From: an uncultured Acidobacteriota bacterium
Lineage (GTDB): Bacteria > Acidobacteriota > Vicinamibacteria > Fen-336
DNA length: 53,021 nucleotides
Direction: 5' to 3'
Assembly (NCBI GenBank): GCA_964628275.1
Contig: CAZVOI010000174.1
Location: 1 to 53,021 of the forward strand
Below, piece by piece: positions 49,728 to 53,021 of this stretch. Below the pieces are notes generated by a model. It saw only the letters and a program-made list of their open reading frames with translations. It searched no databases and was not told the DNA's origin. The position numbers were made by a program, and so were the translations under genes. Numbering within the stretch: the stretch's first letter is position 1; each line of letters opens with the position of its first letter.

Positions 49728-52700
49728 GGCCGGATCTCGACCGTCGCGCTCGCGGTGCGCCCGAAGACTTCGGGCGCATACATCTCTTCGGCCTGCGCCG
49801 GAGCGGCACGGAACGTCCCGGAGGTCGTGGCGCGCGCCAGATAGCTGAACTCGTGCGTGCCAAGGGCGAGCCGGCTGGCGAAGAGCTGAACCCGATCGTC
49901 GTGCCTCTCGATGTGGTCGAAGCCGCCGCGGCGCCAGAATTCGAAGACGTCCGTTTCAGCGCTCTCGCCCTCGCGCTGCTCCCGAGCCAGCTCCGCGGAC
50001 GTCGTCGCGAACGCCGTCTCGACCGGCTCGAACCCCGCTGGCAACGGGTCGCGCACCGCCACGAACCGCCGTTCCTGGGTGAGCTCGAGCCGTAGCGTGA
50101 CCTTGACCAGGTCCCCCGCCTTGAAGCGCGTGCCGCCGCCGCCAGCGTCCGCGGCGGCGTAGCGGCGGGTGACGCTGATCCCGCTGTCCTGGGCCGTGAG
50201 ATCGAGCGCGCTCGGCGCATAGCGCAGCCGCGCGCCATAGTAGAGCGACCCAGCGCCGTCACGCTCGAACTGGAGCTCGAGCCGATCGTTCGTGCGAGCG
50301 CGCGCCAGCAGATCGGCCATCGCGACCTCGCGGGAGCGGACCTCGGCCGTCCTTCCCTGGAAGGGCGCCTGCAGCAACACCTGCTTGCCCAGGCTGACCA
50401 CTGCCGTGAAGTCGGGCGGCTCGGACTCGAACTTCCTGTAGTAGTCGACGAGCGCGAGCAGCGCGATCGCGTTCTCCTGGGTGTTGCCCCATCGGCCCTT
50501 GACGCGTGACTGGAGCAGGTAGCGGACGAGCCCGGCCAGGGAGGCGTCTTCGCTCGAGCTGGCGCCGATCAGCGAGCGCAGCACGATCCCGGTGGAGCGG
50601 ACGTTCGAGTTCCACAGCCACACCAGGGCGGGATCGTCCATCTCCTCGACGTGGGCGGCGCCGGCCTCGGTGCGCAGTGCGTTGCGCAGCCGGCGCAGGA
50701 TCTCTTCGTTGCGAGCGCCGGTCTCACCCTTGGCGCGGAGCGCGTCGAGGAGATACGCGAGGCCGAAGACCGGCATCCGGTCGGCGGAGGCATAGAGCCG
50801 CGTCAGGGAGCTGTCCTGGTTGCGGCCAGCCTCGACCAGTACCTTGACTGCGAAGCTCTGCCATGCGGCATCGAAGGGAACGGCGTTGGCGCTGGCGAGT
50901 GACCTCTGGCCGAGCGCGTTTTCCAGGTGGGCGTAGCCCTGCTCCAGCACCGACGCCTTCACGTCGTAGCCGAGCGCGCGCAGCCGTTGCAGGACGTGCA
51001 GCGCGTAGGACGTCATGTAGGGAGATGACGCCGGACAGCCACCCTTCCAATACCCGAACCCGCCGCCGTCGCACTGGAAATCCTCGAGCTCCGTCACCGC
51101 GGCCGCCACGGCTTCCTTGATTCGACCGCCGGTCGAGCCTTCGATCCGGAACGCGCCGCCGAGGTCGGCGGCCAGCGCCAGCGCCAGCGCCGCCGAGGCG
51201 CGCTGCTCGGCGCAGCGGTAGGGGTAGTCGATCAGATAGCGGGCGCCCTCGCCGAGACCGACGAGCGCGGTCGATGCGGTCTCGACCGAGAGGCCGCCAA
51301 CATTGGGCAGAACGCTCGCGGGCAGCTCGAGCGTCTCGCGCGCCAGGGCGACCGAGCCGCGCGCCTGGCCAAACGCGGCCACGACCTGGGGCGTCGCCAC
51401 CAGCTTCACCGGCAGCACCTGCTCGAACGCGTCCGATTCGTTCAACAGCGAGACCCGCATTCGCACGCGCGCGTCGCCCGCCGCCTTGGCGCGGGCCCGG
51501 AAGCGCACCTCGAGCGATCCCTGCGCCGCGATCTCCAGCGTGCGCCGCGGATCGCCCTCGATTTCGAGCCGCGCCGGGTCGAGCGCTTCGAATGTCACGA
51601 TCGCGGTGCCCTTCTCTTTGAGCTGGGAGTGGACCACCGATCCGAAGGACGCGTCGTCGCCGATCGTCAGGAAGCGCGGGAACGCCGACGTCAGCAACAC
51701 CGGCTTGCTGGTGCGGATCTCACGCTCGCCCCAGCCGAAGCGCGACTCTTTGTCTCCGGCCACAGCCATGATGCGATAGGTCGTCAGGCTGTCGGGGAGC
51801 GTGACCTCGCGCGAGGCCTTGCCCTGCGCGTTGGTCGTGACTGAGCCGAGCCAGAAGGCGAGCGGCCGGAAGTCCTTGCGCAGCGTCCCCGCCCCGGCCT
51901 CGGCGCCGCCGCCGCCGCCTTCGCTCGCGCCCTTCGAGGCCAGCACCCGCCGGCTGATGACGTTCTGCCGCGAGTCCTGGGTGAGCACCTGCAGCGCCTT
52001 CTCGACCCAGACGGACGTCAGGACATCCGGCGTCTTGAAGGCCGTGAGCGAGAGCACGCCGTAGTCGACGGCCCACAACGTCACCTCGCTCGGGCCACCG
52101 CGGCCGCCCGCGTCCACGATACTCACGTCGACGCGCGCCTTGGCGCTCGGCCGATACTCTTCGCGATCGCTCGTGAGCGTCACGTCCAGGCGCTTGGCGC
52201 GATCTTCGACCTTCAGCTCGACGTAGCCGACTCGGTACGCCGGCTTGCCGGGGTCGCTGGTGTCGTCCTTCGAGAAAGCGCCGCTGCGGCCCTTCACCAG
52301 CACCACCGACACGTAGAGGTTCGGGATGTCCTGCTCCTGAAGCGCGACCTCGACCGTCTGCTGCGTCGCCGTGAGCGGGAACGAGCGCTGTGAGCGAATG
52401 CCCTCGCGCTCCGTGGTGAGAAGCGCGGTCGCGGTTTCCCACGGCGACTTGATCATGATCCGCGCCGTCTCGCCGGGCCGGTATGTCTTCTTCTCCGGGA
52501 CCAGGTCGATGCGGTTGTGGTCGCTGCGCGCCCAGGCCGTGTAGCCCGCGCCCAGCGCGTAGAAGCTCGTGGCGGTGGTCGTGGTGTGGCCCTGACCGTC
52601 GCCGGCGCTGGCCCGCAGCGTGTAGAAGCCGCCGCGCTCGATCGGAACCCGGAGCGGCGCGACGCTGGCGCTGGAGGTCACGTTCCACTCCCCCGCTGGC

Positions 52701-53021
52701 ACTTCTTTCTTCTCCGTCTCCCAGGTGAAGAAGCCCAGCCCCTGGGCACGCCGAACGCTGTTCCATTGGATCTGTACGAGCTGGACCTTCACGCTCACGC
52801 CAGCCTGCGGCCGTCCCTGGAGATCGACCGCGACCACGGCCGTCTCGAGCCCCGATCGAGTATCCACGAAGTAGGGTGGGAGCTTGACGCCGATGTAGAA
52901 GGGCGCGGGATCGACTCGAAACGAGGCATGCCCCGCGATCGCCTGGCGCGAGACGTCGGTCACGTTGCCCTCGAGCGTATATAGATAAGGATGGCCGAGC
53001 CCGGCTTCGGTCCTGAGGTCC
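49724..53021 (-). CDS. yfhM: Bacterial alpha-2-macroglobulin family protein, partial (N-terminus beyond right edge)
   Basis: The frame stays open upstream of the track start (52963) to the window end (…DLRTEAGLGHPYLYTLEGNVTDVS…). Thioester motif CAEQ lies in YPYRCAEQ. It is the classical neighbour of pbpC. Confidence 0.9.
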   Translation of the reverse strand, partial: DLRTEAGLGHPYLYTLEGNVTDVSRQAIAGHASFRVDPAPFYIGVKLPPYFVDTRSGLETAVVAVDLQGRPQAGVSVKVQLVQIQWNSVRRAQGLGFFTWETEKKEVPAGEWNVTSSASVAPLRVPIERGGFYTLRASAGDGQGHTTTTATSFYALGAGYTAWARSDHNRIDLVPEKKTYRPGETARIMIKSPWETATALLTTEREGIRSQRSFPLTATQQTVEVALQEQDIPNLYVSVVLVKGRSGAFSKDDTSDPGKPAYRVGYVELKVEDRAKRLDVTLTSDREEYRPSAKARVDVSIVDAGGRGGPSEVTLWAVDYGVLSLTAFKTPDVLTSVWVEKALQVLTQDSRQNVISRRVLASKGASEGGGGGAEAGAGTLRKDFRPLAFWLGSVTTNAQGKASREVTLPDSLTTYRIMAVAGDKESRFGWGEREIRTSKPVLLTSAFPRFLTIGDDASFGSVVHSQLKEKGTAIVTFEALDPARLEIEGDPRRTLEIAAQGSLEVRFRARAKAAGDARVRMRVSLLNESDAFEQVLPVKLVATPQVVAAFGQARGSVALARETLELPASVLPNVGGLSVETASTALVGLGEGARYLIDYPYRCAEQRASAALALALAADLGGAFRIEGSTGGRIKEAVAAAVTELEDFQCDGGGFGYWKGGCPASSPYMTSYALHVLQRLRALGYDVKASVLEQGYAHLENALGQRSLASANAVPFDAAWQSFAVKVLVEAGRNQDSSLTRLYASADRMPVFGLAYLLDALRAKGETGARNEEILRRLRNALRTEAGAAHVEEMDDPALVWLWNSNVRSTGIVLRSLIGASSSEDASLAGLVRYLLQSRVKGRWGNTQENAIALLALVDYYRKFESEPPDFTAVVSLGKQVLLQAPFQGRTAEVRSREVAMADLLARARTNDRLELQFERDGAGSLYYGARLRYAPSALDLTAQDSGISVTRRYAAADAGGGGTRFKAGDLVKVTLRLELTQERRFVAVRDPLPAGFEPVETAFATTSAELAREQREGESAETDVFEFWRRGGFDHIERHDDRVQLFASRLALGTHEFSYLARATTSGTFRAAPAQAEEMYAPEVFGRTASATVEIRP
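51203..51214 (-). other. Thioester motif Cys-Ala-Glu-Gln of the alpha-2-macroglobulin
   Basis: + strand ctgctcggcgca gives TGC GCC GAG CAG on the minus strand (residues 584-587 counted from the track start). Confidence 0.8.

Noticed and set aside
47253-50262. Very long alternative-frame ORFs (977 aa minus strand, 690 aa plus strand) over pbpC
   Set aside because: Arg/Ala/Gly/Pro-rich composition typical of off-frame reading in high-GC DNA. The pbpC frame carries all GT51 and transpeptidase motifs.

Overview
Very GC-rich (third codon positions almost all G/C), gene-dense window with about 50 CDS. It looks like the core chromosome of a diderm bacterium. I found no rRNA, tRNA, CRISPR array, transposase, integrase or phage genes. 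Many long R/A/G-rich ORFs in the supplied track are alternative-frame or antisense artefacts of the high GC content.

Gene content, left to right:
1. Minus-strand redox trio (1-3181): a protein with two cyclic-nucleotide-binding domains fused to a four-cluster ferredoxin, a membrane protein with two His-x13-His helices, and a multihaem cytochrome c. The cytochrome runs off the left edge and is missing from the ORF track.
2. A complete oleABCD long-chain olefin / beta-lactone cluster with GTGA start/stop overlaps at all three junctions, followed by an FkbM-type methyltransferase (3214-8608).
3. A Kdo/LPS block, kdsB-pyrG-kdsA-(GT-C-like membrane protein)-kdsD-kdsC-lapB (8664-16229).
4. A 15.6-kb minus-strand gene string (16255-31872): pilMNOPQ, five uncharacterised genes (two lipoprotein-like proteins, a TPR protein, a Roadblock/LC7 protein, and a repeat-bearing P-domain protein), then accB-accC, a YfhO-like membrane protein, folD, and a coaE fusion.
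5. glpX, beta-oxidation-type genes, a DUF62 SAM hydrolase-like gene, a cysteine desulfurase, lipA, a 93-aa poly-Asp/Glu protein, a zinc-ribbon/FHA protein, ppa, mnmA, rnc, a HAMP-PP2C phosphatase and a GspC-like PDZ protein (32137-44517).
6. An alpha-2-macroglobulin - pbpC - asnB - TPR lipoprotein operon that runs off the right edge (44572-53021).

Best candidates for something undescribed: the cNMP-binding Fe-S / cytochrome b-like / multihaem c module, and the five-gene block welded to the 3' end of pilMNOPQ. Secondary oddities:
- coaE has its Walker A motif upstream of any canonical start codon and carries an unknown C-terminal domain.
- A 93-aa protein upstream of lipA is roughly 70% Asp/Glu.
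- Several operon-first genes have -10-like hexamers 7-10 nt from the start codon, which suggests leaderless mRNAs.

All functional calls rest on motif recognition by eye; no database search was possible.
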